Below, piece after piece: positions 25,695 to 37,805 of a stretch of 64,000 nucleotides of DNA (positions are counted from its first letter, which is position 1; each line of letters opens with the position of its first letter). The DNA comes from Octopus vulgaris (lineage: Eukaryota). Position numbers and translations under genes: made by a program. The DNA lies in the NCBI GenBank assembly GCA_951406725.2, contig OX597817.1:133548001-133612000 (forward strand), written 5' to 3'. The notes under the pieces were generated by a model, which was given only the letters and a program-made list of their open reading frames with translations, was not told the DNA's origin and did not search any database.

Positions 25695-27057
25695 CATAAA
25701 TATATATACGATGGGCTTCTTTCAGTTTCCATCTATCAAATCCACTCAAAAGGCTTTCATTGGTCCGAGGCTATAGTAGAAGACACTTGCCCAAGGTGCC
25801 ATGCAGTGGGACTGAACCCAAAATGTTCATTATTATCTATTTATTTATTTATGATTTAATTAGGAAATAATGCCCTGGAATTGATATCTTGTGAATATAT
25901 GTAAAAACTCATATCTAATTAAAGGCATGACAATAGAGAAAGAACAGGTAAAAAGAAAAGAGATTCATAATCTACACAAACAGTAATTTTGTCATGTATG
26001 CAAATTTAATGCAATAGTTATATCATTTATGTTTTTTTTTTAAATGGGCTAATTGTATTTTGTCAAAATATTTAGTTTCTAACAATTGCCTTGTTCATGT
26101 TTGTCCTGATTTTCTGTTTGAGGTATTGATAATAATAGCTAATGTGGAACAGGTACCCTTTTAAATCAACATGCACACAAAGTATCAAGTACTTTGATCA
26201 TCATCATCATCATCCTTTAACATCTGTTTTCCATGCTAATGGTGTTCCATTATAGCAATGATAGCTGTACCATGGCTGTGTTGGATTCTGCATTACTGAC
26301 TGCAAACAAAACAACACACACACATGCGCTACTGGCCACAGATTCTGGCCATCCAATTTTATTGACAAATTTCTATCTGAAGGTATACTAGACTACATTT
26401 CACAAAAGTACTGCATAGGCACAGAATTGCAAAGCAAGCAGCTTAATTATATATTTGTGTAATTTTATCCCTTCCATCATTAGAAGACAATATTATCCAT
26501 TCCGTCTTTAGATGTGATTTAAGAAAGATTTAGCTATTATTTCTAGCAAGTTGAACAGCCATGTAAGAAGATTCTTTGCTTTGAAAGATTTCTAATTTGC
26601 TTTTGCTCCAAGTGAATTCATTTTCAGTAATTTTCTATTTTTCTTTTTTATATAATTCTACCTCTGTTGATGATGAATTCATGCGACATAATGATGTGTG
26701 TATACATTAATATTACTAGTATTAATGTATACAATAATATTATCTCACTAAACATCACAAGCTGAATATTCATTCAGGGTTTCTTGAAACTTTGGCAACA
26801 GCAAGTTATTTTGTTAAATATCCAAGAATTCACCAACATAACATTCATCATATTGTTGCATCTTTGTTTAAACTAATTAGATTCCATCAGTCTTTTCAAA
26901 TAACACCATGAAGTAATGATCATTTGTTAAAACAACTATTATTTGAAATAACATCATGTATAACAATTATAATGTATGTACAACTGTAGAACAGTGCTAG
27001 CTGTACTATTTTCTCTAAGGAAAACTCCTGAAAGAGACTTGTGTGTTTAAAAAACTA

Positions 27058-27100
27058 TTAATACCTCCGCCTTAGCAAAGGTGGAGGTATTGTTTTCAGG
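27058..27100 (+). mobile_element. Helentron/HINE-like terminal hairpin fragment
   Basis: tta-atacctccgcctt-agca-aaggtggaggtat-tgttttcag: a 13-bp GC-rich hairpin of the type found at Helentron-associated element ends. The classification is inferred. Confidence 0.4.
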
Positions 27101-27203
27101 CAAACATTGGTTTTACTCAACATGCATTACGATTCTGAATAGAATTGAGAACCAGCCTCCACACCAATTGAAATTTTTTCTGAAAAATAAAACAACACTC
27201 ACC

Positions 27204-27779
27204 CAGCTCTGTTGTATGACTTTTAGAGGCCCCCTGCAACTTTGTTTCAAGGCCCCATCCCTTCAGTCAAAATTCATTATCTATGCACCTTTTATTCATA
27301 GCTATATTTTACTTTATTCTATCTGAAGTTCACTATTTCACATTATCCTAAACAACATCTTTAAAATTACAAGTTAAATTTATTTAGGTCTATTACAAAT
27401 TTCAATAATTATAACTTCCAGATATGAATAAAAAAGCAATTTTATAATCCAGGCAACTTTCAAAGACTAACACAGCGCACTTTTCACTTTGCAAAATCAT
27501 TGATCAGTTCAGAATAATCAAGCTGAGCGCTAAGTTCATGTTCAATAGATATCATAGACAATCCACAAAGTCTGCTACACATTTGTGGTACAATGTAATA
27601 TTTTTCCAGGACCTTTTGCAGATACAATGTATTACCATTCCATTGCTTAAAAATTTCAGTTAACATAGCTCATTTAATTCTTGTTCAACATCTTAACCAA
27701 AGTAAATAGATGTTGTTTCCAAATTTACCATGATCTTATCATGGGGCCCTTAAACTGCAGGGGCTTAGCAATAGCCCTG
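27204..27779 (-). mobile_element. Non-autonomous hAT transposon with transposase C-terminal relic
   Basis: ORF 27484-27666 ends RLCGLSMISIEHELSAQLDYSELINDFAK*KVR (hAT dimerisation domain, ZMYM1-like). Imperfect TIRs cagctctgttg / caatagccctg; 8-bp TSD cactcacc (27196-27203) / cactctcc (27780-27787). Confidence 0.8.
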
Positions 27780-28290
27780 CACTCTCCTCCTCTTACTCTC
27801 TACCTATAGAGCCATCAGTAGCCTTGTCTTATCATGCATTGTATCTCCTCCTCCAACCACTCAAAAACACTTCCACTTCTTGGTCCTTTGCATATATCTC
27901 CATAAAAACACTCCATAGGTAATTCCCATTAGAAAAATGCAGGAAATGTGAGTCCTTTTAGAAATCAATTTTCCCTGATTAAGGAAGTGGTGTCCAGAAA
28001 TGTATGTAAATATCTTTCTTTATGACTGGACAATCAGACCCCAGAAACAGCTGTAGGATTATTAAATGGATAAGTAACACCTAAACTTTTTATTTTCAAG
28101 ACTCTTAACTCTTTTTATGACTTTGTTTTATAATCTGTAAATTGACCTCTATATGTATTTATTTTTCAATATATTTTTAGTGTATATTTTTATATATTTT
28201 AAAAATGTTTGATGTATTGTATATACTTATGCAGTAATTCATGCATGTTGGATCTACAGCTGAATATATATGTAAATTTGATTTGCCTAA

Positions 28291-28450
28291 ATTTGATTCT
28301 TACTTCTACATATATATATATAGAAGTAAAAATCAAATATATATGTATATATATATATATATATATTTGATTCTTACTTCTACACATATATACATATATA
28401 TATGTAGAAGTAAGAATCAAATATATATATGTATAGGTAAGAAACAAATA
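28291..28450. repeat. Alternating-orientation ~20-bp motif array separated by (TA)n
   Basis: atttgattcttacttcta(ca) and its reverse complement (tg)tagaagtaagaatcaaat occur five times, in order +,-,+,-,-. Confidence 0.9.
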
Positions 28451-28466
28451 TATATATATATATATA

Positions 28467-28627
28467 TGATGGGCTTCTTTCAGTTTCCGTCTACCAGATC
28501 AACTCACGAGGTTTGATCAGCCCAAGGCCATAGTAGAAGACACATGACTAAGGTGTCACACAGTGGAACTAAACCTGGGACCATGTGGTTGAGTAAACTT
28601 CTTACCACACAGCCACTCCTGTGCCTG
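28467..28627 (-). mobile_element. Family B SINE 5' part
   Basis: gatgggcttctttcagtttccgtctacc...cttaccacacagccactcctgtgcct is the reverse complement of the family B head. Confidence 0.85.
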
Positions 28628-29861
28628 TGTATAAATTATATATATATCAGAGCTATATACTCACAAAATAAGCTGAAACATGCAGTATACTGAGAGTTGT
28701 AGAACTATTTTATTTCATCAACCAGCCAATGTATTACATTAACCTCAATGGACACCATGGTGGCTTGGAAATCATGAAGTTCCCTATAGTGTTAATTAGG
28801 ATTTTGTTTTAGTTATTGCAACTTTGAAATTAACTGCTGCCAGGAGGTATATTGAAAGCTAATTGTTTCATCTTCAATTACATATACAACAGATTGAAAT
28901 AAAATGGACACGCAACACATGCAGGCATATGCTCATTCATGCCTTCCTGCTACATATACACACACACTCATATAATGAAATAAAAATCTGCCTGTAAGTG
29001 TATCTTGTTCAAATATGTTTAGCATTATTTACATGACTCTGTTTCTCACTAATATAATACCCATGCATCTGGGACACACATATCATATATACACATGTTT
29101 TGGCTTGTTACCAAAATAAATAAAATTGTCCCTCTCTAAAGATTCTTCAACTTTATTCTGACTGTGTCTCTTCTCTGCTCATTTGAACTTCTCACCCACT
29201 TGAGCCCACTAGCTTTGCTTAACACCTTCATTACTCACTCTTTGTCTCTTCACTGACTTCACACTAACCACTTTCTTCAGTACTCCTTTCACTAGAACTT
29301 CAGTTTCCTAGAATAATCTCTCACATTTACCCTTTAACTATTCATTGGCCTTCTCTTCAAGTGAATATTAACTAATCTAATCTCATTCTGTTATCACAAT
29401 CTCATAGTGCTAGAGGCCCCAAGTATGATATTGATAATGACTCTCTTATTCACACATGATAGCAGCATTCATTAATGAGTATCTTTAATATTTTACTGGT
29501 TTCAGCGAGAGGCTGAGGCCATGCTGGAATACTGCCTTTCATTGTTGTTATGATGTGGTGTTTTTCATAGTTATAATGTGTGGCCACTGTTGTGACTGTA
29601 GCTGTTGTATCTACTTGAGTAGCCATGGTATTTTCTTTGTATCGGACACTGTGTATACACTATGTAATATGAAATCATATTACGACTACAAGATGTGTTA
29701 TGTACAAGAAACAGATATATTAGAAGTTTCAAATATGCCCTAGAAAATGTGCCTATAGAAGATAAATACTGACAAGAGACCATTAGGAGAGCATTCACTC
29801 TGCTATTGTGTACCTGAATGTAATGAAGTTGCTATTGTAATATCTGGAGAAAAGCAGGCAA

Positions 29862-30125
29862 CAGTCTGATATGGCATGGGTTTTCTATGGTTGGATGTCC
29901 TTCCTAATGCCAAACACTCTGGGAGTGTAACGGATGCTTTTACATGCTACCACCATGGGTGCCATTTGTGTGACACCAGTATCTACCATGACTGCAATTT
30001 TGCTCGGTTTGGTGGGTCTTCTTCTCAAGTGCAACATAATGCCAAAGGTCTTGGTCATTGCCTCCATAAGGCCCAACACTCGAAAGGAACTCAGCCACTT
30101 GCCTCCATGAGGCCAGTGCCTCCAT
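29862..30125 (-). mobile_element. Family A copy with 5' extension
   Basis: gtctgatatggcatgggttttctatggttggatgtccttcctaatgcc... is the reverse complement of family A. Confidence 0.7.
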
Positions 30126-30134
30126 ATATATGTA

Positions 30135-30169
<35 letters not shown>

Positions 30170-30190
30170 ATATATGTATATGTATGTATG

Positions 30191-30272
<82 letters not shown>

Positions 30273-30995
30273 TTTGTGGACTTCATAGAATTTGTGTTTA
30301 CCAAACACATTCACAATGCATTGTTTGGTCCTAGCCTATTGTAGAATATGCTGCCTAACATACTCTGAAGAGGACTGACAGACACATACACACATACACA
30401 AACACACTCACATTTATTAAAATTTCAACTAAAATATACATTACATAATATCTATTGAAAATCTTCTTCAGAAATATACACAAACTTTTGTTTACGCATT
30501 TATATTACAACATTTTCACATACAAATAAGATCATGGTCACACCTAACATATTGTTCCAACAACTTCTCCTCAAAACCACCAGCCACACCATGCCATATG
30601 ATGTGCAGCCAAGATTTTCATCTTGCATTGCTTCTAAATAAAAGCTGTTGATGAACATCCTTGTTATTGTGATAAGAACAAGGTTCCAATGTAAGGTTTC
30701 TTATTGATTCTGCAAACGCATCAAGATGCACTAATGCCAAAATTCATGAGATTAAGAAATAGAGTATGCGTGTGTGCAGTAAGGCATAGGGGTGGTACTG
30801 CAGACTTCGGTATATGCAATTGATTTCCACCAAGTGCACTTATATCATTGAGTAATTGTAACAAGAACGAACAACTGCTTCATGCATATCTTCACCCTCC
30901 TACATACACACACACACACACACTCATGTTTATATGCATATATCTAATTTAGACACATTAGACATATACATTATCTATATATATCTATATATCTA

Positions 30996-31034
<39 letters not shown>

Positions 31035-31050
31035 GATGATGATGATGATA

Positions 31051-31086
<36 letters not shown>

Positions 31087-31087
31087 T

Positions 31088-31152
<65 letters not shown>

Positions 31153-31358
31153 ATATGTACCTGTGTATGTATGTCTTTGTATGTATATGTGTGTGTGTAT
31201 ATGTATATATGGGCGCATGTGTATGTATTTATTTATCCATGTATGTATGTAGTATATAAAGATCTATTCCATTGTACAGTGGCATAAATGTCTTCTGCAG
31301 CAGCCTGAGGCCAAGGGTGGAGAATTTAGTAGGCAGAAATTCTTCAAAGCCAATTTTG

Positions 31359-31391
<33 letters not shown>

Positions 31392-32290
31392 TGAGCGTGC
31401 GTGCATACGTGTGTGTTCTGTGCTACTTTGAGACAAAAATCACTGAAGAATGAAGTGAAAAGTCTCTTACTTGAAAAATAGTTAAGAATAATGCCTCACA
31501 CAAACAAAAATGAGTAACACTGCGATGGACTGGTGTCTTGTCCAGCTGGGTAACACATATGCCATTGAAACCGGGAAACCGGGCCCAAGAGCCTGGCTAG
31601 GCTTTAAAAGGGTGCATTTATATTCTTATTATGTATGTATAAGCACCCAAAGGACACAACACTCAGGCAAATACTGGAGCATGTTGTCATAAATGAAACA
31701 TCCCCAATACTAAACAGGAAATATACACAGTAGGTAGTCATACTCCAACACTCACAGTTTATATATACAGGTAGAGTTGTTAGTAGGCTGTTATGTAGAC
31801 TTGTATGTGTGTGTGTGTGTATACATATGTATATGTATGTGTGTGTGTATATGCATATATATGTAGGTAAATGGATATGTAAATAAACAGATAGATGTAA
31901 AGATATATAGGAACATAGGTAATGTGGACAGGCAAGTGCACACACATGCATACGCAAATGAAGAGTGAAACACGTGACAATATAGACACATACACACTTC
32001 ACACAAGGACACATATGGTGATACACATCCATACATAACAGACACATGTACATAGTCATAAAAACCCATACACAGACACACTCAACATGCACACACAAGG
32101 AGACACAGGTAGACACACAAGCACACACACACACACACACATATGCAAACACAAACAAACACATGAATATGCAGAATACATACATACAAATGTACACACA
32201 TGTGTGCATATATGTGCATACACACACATATATGCATACATACATACATACGTGTATGCGCACACACTGACCCATACACATTTGCACAAA
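30125..32290. repeat. Long (TA)n/(TG)n/(TATG)n tracts and cryptic CA-rich low-complexity DNA
   Basis: Tracts at about 30125-30268, 30960-31250, 31360-31415 and 31800-32290. These are the source of the YIYI/CVCV/HTHT pseudo-ORFs. Confidence 0.9.
31512..31620 (+). mobile_element. SINE 3' fragment
   Basis: ctgcgatggactggtgtcttgtccag...gaaaccgggaaaccgggcccaagagcctggc resembles the conserved ctgcgatggactggc..cc.gtccaggg segment of widespread metazoan SINEs (recognised from memory). Confidence 0.5.
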
Positions 32291-33324
32291 CAAACAAACC
32301 GAAAGAACGCAGCTTGGATAACAGAGTCAATGACTATTGAAAATGTTGCAAGATGCAACGAAAATTTCAGAAAAATGAATAAGTAAATGAGTGGAAATCA
32401 AAATGGTGCGTGTGTTAAATAATAAGGCACTAAAATGGAATGATTCTCCTCAGACACAATATAATATATGTATGCATACACACACACACATGCATATATA
32501 GTCACATAATGATACTCGGAAGTTTCAAAATTTGATCATCATCACCCACATATTATCTAGATGCTGCTATTTCCTTTCAACAATTTTATAAACTTTCCAA
32601 GGAGGTGCCTACTTATTATTTGTTCTGAGTTGTATGCACACCAGTTTGAGTATACAGATAGATTGGCCCTGTTGCTATAGTTTAAGTGACAACCAGTGTA
32701 TTTCTATGACATTCACCAATATAATCTGTTCTTAATTGTTATTATACGAGTCTGACCTATTTCTGTGTAAACAACCATCTCTTACACTGCATCATCATGT
32801 GGACACTGTACAATTGCAATAACATTGATTTCATCTTAAAACTAGATTTAGTGATAATCTCAAAATGTTACACATTACAGCTGGTTGTTGTGAATTATTT
32901 TAATCCCAGCAGAAAATGTACAAATAACTCTACTTTTACTATTTTAAAGACCCTCTGTGTGTATGTGTGCTTATGTATGTATATTGTTTATTTCTTGTAC
33001 TCTCATTCATCAAAGATCATAACGGGCATCAACTTCAATGGATTGTATTACATCATATTGACCCCTGTACTTACTTTATTTATTTTTTATCAAATCACTC
33101 AATTATGCTTTTTCATGCTATTGGTAAGAATAAATATAACATGAGTGCATGCATACTCACACACACACCTATAAAGGATAAAAGTCAAAGATGGTCTTGA
33201 TAGGATTTGAACTCAGAACATAAAGACATAGAACAAATATCACTCAGCTCTTTCCCAATTCTGCCAATCTGAAATAATGCAAACAATGGTGTGTGTGAAA
33301 GTATAAAAAAGGCTATGGCACTTA

Positions 33325-33700
33325 TCATCATCATCGTTTAATGTCCGTTTTCCATGCTGGCATGAGTTTGGACTGCTCGACTAGGGTCTAGGAAGCCTGG
33401 AGGCTGCACCAAGCCCCAATCTGATCTGGCAGTGTTTCTACAGATGGATGCCCTTCCCAACATCAACCATTCCAAGAGTGTATTGGTTGCTTTTTATGTG
33501 CCACCAGCACAGGGGCCAGAGGAGCTGGCATTGACCATGATCGGATGGTGCTTTTTTATGTGCTACCGGCACAGATGCCAAATCAAAGCTGCACTGGCAT
33601 TGGCCATGTTCAGGTGGTGTTTTTTACGTGCTACCAGTACGGGGTCACAACTACAATTTCCATTTGATTTGATATTGATGTTGCTGTATTTGACTCAACG
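33325..33700 (-). mobile_element. Family A copy with three internal repeats
   Basis: (ATC)n tail and family A body; tgctttttatgtgccacc-like motif at about 33488, 33549 and 33618. Confidence 0.85.
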
Positions 33701-34139
33701 CATGTTGCCACTGGTTTATAGAAATGTAGTTAGAGCTAAGCTGATGGTTGCAGTGTAATTGAAAAAAGAGAGAGAGGCTGAGAGTACTAAATGTGTGTGA
33801 GTCAGTTACCTAATAATTCCCTCCCTTGCTATTTTTCTCTTGCTCTTTTGCATACACTCACGCTACTAATCGATATAACTATCTTAATGTATACTGGAGT
33901 ATTCTTAATAATTACAATATGGCAATGGGCCTTGATTATCTTTGTTCAAGGTTTGGCTTCTAAAATACACTACTGATATGAAGATTGTCAATCTCACATA
34001 ATCACCATATTCATTTAGAAACAAATCTTGTGTCTATGTATTTATGTATATATATATATATATATGTATGTATGGGTGTGTGTATGTGTGTGACATTCTA
34101 CTGCATAACACATTCAACAGAAACAAATTACATAGGGTT

Positions 34140-34502
34140 GAGTGGCTGTGAGATAAGTAGCTAGGTGCAGGAGTGGCTTGCTTACCAACCACATGGTCCT
34201 GGGTTCAGTCCTTCTGCATGGCACCTTGGGCAAGTGTCTTCTACTATAGCCTTGGGCCAAAGCCTTGTGAGTGGATTTGGTAGATGGAAACTGGAAGAAG
34301 CCCGTTGTGTGTGTGTTTGTGTGTGTGTGCGCATATGTTTGTCCCCCCAACATTGCTTGACAACTGGTGCAGGCAAAAGAGACCGATAGAAATAAGCACT
34401 AGGCTTACAAAGAATAAGCTCTGCGATTGATTTGCTTGACTAAATGTGGTGCTCCAGCATGGCCACAGTCAAATGACTGAAACCAGTAAAAGCATTAAAG
34501 AA
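34140..34502 (+). mobile_element. Family B SINE, near full length
   Basis: Collinear with 59852-60256, with a short duplication in the head. Confidence 0.9.
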
Positions 34503-35104
34503 TATATAATTTGATATTATGTTCACATATGTCCTTAGCTAAATTTGAAAGTTCTGGCTTTGTGATCAAAATTTATGACATCTGAATTCTTACATTTGCA
34601 AGTGTACCTCACTTTACCACATTAATGTTGCCTTTATATGCAGTTCTATTTTATGTATATTACTCCTACCTTTTCACTTGATACATCTCGAAAAATCTAG
34701 CTCTGGTATTTCTCAGATATGCAGAGAGGGTTGTAAAATCCAATGGAAACCATTATATGATTCAGTAGAAACTGCTTGAATTACTTACCTGCAAAGAAAA
34801 AAAACAAACATTCTTTAAATGCTGAATAGAAATATATTTTGTAAAAAATAAAAAAATAAAAATAGAACAAAAAAATTATAATTATAATCTTACATTGAAA
34901 CATTATCTGGTGGCCAACTTGTTTTATAGGCCATTAGTAACCAATTAGTGCATTCATTCAGCCATTGTACTGCTTAAGTAATATAACAGGAAAATTAATT
35001 TTACTGAAAATATCTTTCTGAACCAAATTCTGAAGGTTGGGTGTCTGATAATGCTTTTTACCCATTCTCTAATATAAGATTATAAATTGCTGTATAAAAT
35101 GGAT

Positions 35105-35280
35105 GCATCAGGAAGGGCATCCAGCTGCAGAAACCATACTAAAACAGGCATTGGAGCATAATGTAGTCTTCCAGCTGGTCAGATGTTGTTAATCCATCGA
35201 ACTCATGCCACCACAGAAGATGAACATTGGATGATGAAGATGATGATGATGAGGAGGAGGAGATTGATGACGATGATGAT
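35105..35280 (+). mobile_element. Family A copy (older)
   Basis: gcatcaggaagggcatccagctgcagaaacc... ending in a degenerate (GAT)n. Confidence 0.75.
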
Positions 35281-35314
35281 ACCAATGTCGGTAAGTTTTA
35301 TAAATATTGTCGAT

Positions 35315-35795
35315 GACAGTACCGCCTGATTGGCACTCGTACTAGTGGAATGTTAAAAGCACATCTGAGCATGATCGTTGCCAGGGCCACAGATTGACTC
35401 CGCTGCCGGTGGCACGTAAAAAGCACCGTTTGAGTGTGATCATTGCCAGTGTTGCCTTACCTGCACATGTGCTGGTAGCACGTGAAAAACAACATTCAAT
35501 CGTGGTTGTTGCCAGTGCCGCCGGACTGGCTCCCATGCAGGTAGCATGTAAAAAACACCTTTTGAGCATGGTCGTTGCCAGAACTGCCTGACTGGCCCTC
35601 ATGCCGGTGGCACGTAAAAAGCACCCACTACACTCAGAGTGGTTGGCGTTAGGAAGGGCATCCAGCTGTAGAAACTTTGCTAGATCAGATTGGAGCCTGG
35701 TGCAGCCTTCTGGCTCACCAGTCCTCAGTCAAACCGTCCAACCCATGCCAGCATGGAAAGCAGATGTTAAACAACGATGATGATGATGATGATGA
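35315..35795 (+). mobile_element. Family A copy with 66-bp tandem array (~5 units)
   Basis: ggtggcacgtaaaaagcacc-like motif at 35344, 35408, 35474, 35540 and 35606, followed by the canonical family A tail and (GAT)n. Confidence 0.9.
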
Positions 35796-36337
35796 CTTCA
35801 TAAACTGTTGTCAGTTTTTTTTTTCTTTTACAATTTGTACAATACATTTTTTTGTATTTGCTTTCCCTGATACCTTCATTTACTTGAGGTATCTTTGGAA
35901 GTATCTCTTGCTTATCTTATAACCAACCTCTTTACTGTAAAGGGGAAAAATGGGGGTTAGTAATTTTACATGCAAATAAATTGTAAATGTCTAGGGAAAA
36001 TGTATTTTCTCTAAAGAATTGATCTGTTAACATTTGGATCTATAATCTAGCAGAACCACCCCTATGTTAAGTTGTTGCCGTAATGAAGTATTGACAAACC
36101 TACCTTTCAGCATTGTGTAATTGATTGAACAACTAGGTTCATTTTAAAGTGAAAGGTTGACTTGATTAAATCAACCTTAGTACTTGACTCATTTTATATT
36201 GGGACAAACCATAAATTTGTTGGTAAGCATATAGTCAACTGAATTAAGCTGCGTTGCCTCAGAAGTAGGAAGGTATAGAGAGGCACTGAAATGCTGAGTT
36301 AACATTTGAAAAATTTAATTGCAGAACATAAAAATAT

Positions 36338-36770
36338 GGTGTGACTGTTTGGTAAGAAGTTTGCTCCCCAATCACACAGTCTGGGTTCAGTCCCACTGAG
36401 TGGTACTTTGGGTAAGTGTCTTTTATCATAGCCTTGGGAGTGGATTTGGTAGACGGAAACTGAAAAGAAGCCTGTCATTTGTGTGTGTGTGTGTGTGTGT
36501 GCTTGTGTGGTGTGTATGTGTGCTTGTGTGTGTCTCTTTGTGTCTGTGTGTGTCCCCCGTCACTACTTGACAACCAGTATTGGTGTGCTTACATTCCCAT
36601 AACTTAGCGGTTCAGTAAAACAACTGAAAGAATAAGTACCAGATTTGAAAGGAAAAACAATTGAAGTACTAGGATCAATTCATCTCACCAAAGTCCTTCA
36701 GGGTTGTGCCCTAGCATGGCCACCATCTAATGACTGAAACAAGTAAAATACGTAAGATAAAATAAAGATA
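36338..36770 (+). mobile_element. Family B SINE, older full-length copy
   Basis: A-box relic tgactgtttgg, B-box gggttcagtccc, internal (TG)n, tail aatgactgaaacaagtaaaa. Confidence 0.85.
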
Positions 36771-37639
36771 TGTGATTACTGTGACAGTGCTCCACTATTT
36801 CTGCTATCTCCCCCCTCCTTGTCATTGTTTAATGTCCATGTTCCATTCTGGCATTTTTTTAATGGTTCAACAAGATCTAACCAGATCAAAGATAGCATTA
36901 TGCTCCAACGTCTGCTTTGGCATGATTCCTATGGCTTAATTGTCTTCCTAACACCAGTCATTTTACAGAATGTACTGGGTAACTTTTTCCTAACACTAAG
37001 CACTTGTGAGGTCACCATGCAGCCTGAAAGACGAAGATCCTATTTTACTGAGTGGGGTTTTTGCAGAGAATGAGGCAATTTTATGCTATGCACCATAATA
37101 CAATTAATACCTTATTTATGTTATGAACATATTTAACGACAACATAACCATCACTCTTGAGAGTTTCTTCACAATAGCTTAATCTGTTATAAATAGTAAT
37201 CAAATGTCCCCCAAGTTAATTTTGCCATATTAAAAAAAGGGAAATGAACATTTTTAAACATCTACCCATAAAAAGATGAGATAGCCATGACTGGAATGCG
37301 TTTCATTGGATGTGTGCAGAATTGCCCTGGAGTTAAACAATAATGATGCCATAGCAACTTAACCATACCAGACAAATATACAAAACTAGGGGAGCCTTTA
37401 CTTTGTCTCTCAAGTTGCAGCTGAATTTCCAATAAATCACAAAAAGGAAAAATGGTATAATGTCATCTTAGATATATATTTGAAAGAAAAGACAAGATGG
37501 TCACCACGGGAATGTTTTTAATCAAAGGCCTGCTTGATCAGGGCTGATGAGGAAGGATCACTTTTGTCATTTAAATTTCAAATAAATCAAAAGAAATTAA
37601 AATATCAAGAACCATTAATTAAGCCTTTGCATGATTAAT

Positions 37640-37805
37640 GAACTTGCTAGAAGTAGCTGTCAAGTCACCATTGAATCACATCCTACTGTCTATTAAACAC
37701 AAAGAACACATTGGATAATGTAGTCATGAGAAAAGTTGGTATGATCACAGCTGGAATATTTTTGATCATAGGTTTGCTCAATCGAGTTTGACCTGGGGCT
37801 AAACA
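37640..37805 (+). mobile_element. Family D copy
   Basis: cttgctagaagtagctgtcaa..aatcacatcctactgtct..acacattggataatgtagtc..gctggaatatttttgatcataggtttgctcaatc..tgacctggggctaaac. Confidence 0.7.

Larger units (their letters stand above)
24577..25820 (-). mobile_element. Family B SINE split at its internal microsatellite (3' half 24577-24800, 5' half 25700-25820)
   Basis: The two halves are collinear with the intact copy 59852-60256 and bracket about 900 bp of nested hammerhead-bearing elements. Confidence 0.8.

Noticed and set aside
26699-26733. Short palindromes (also 13984-14019 and 54779-54821)
   Set aside because: Arms of 11-15 bp with no associated motif; unremarkable in AT-rich, repeat-laden DNA.
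29876-32386. Long ORFs (up to 229 aa) rich in YI, CV and HT dipeptides
   Set aside because: They are translations of (TA)n, (TG)n and (CA)n microsatellites in several overlapping frames, with no protein-like composition.
35342-35602. ORFs with a 22-aa repeated peptide
   Set aside because: A by-product of the 66-bp tandem array inside a retroposon; both strands are open by chance.
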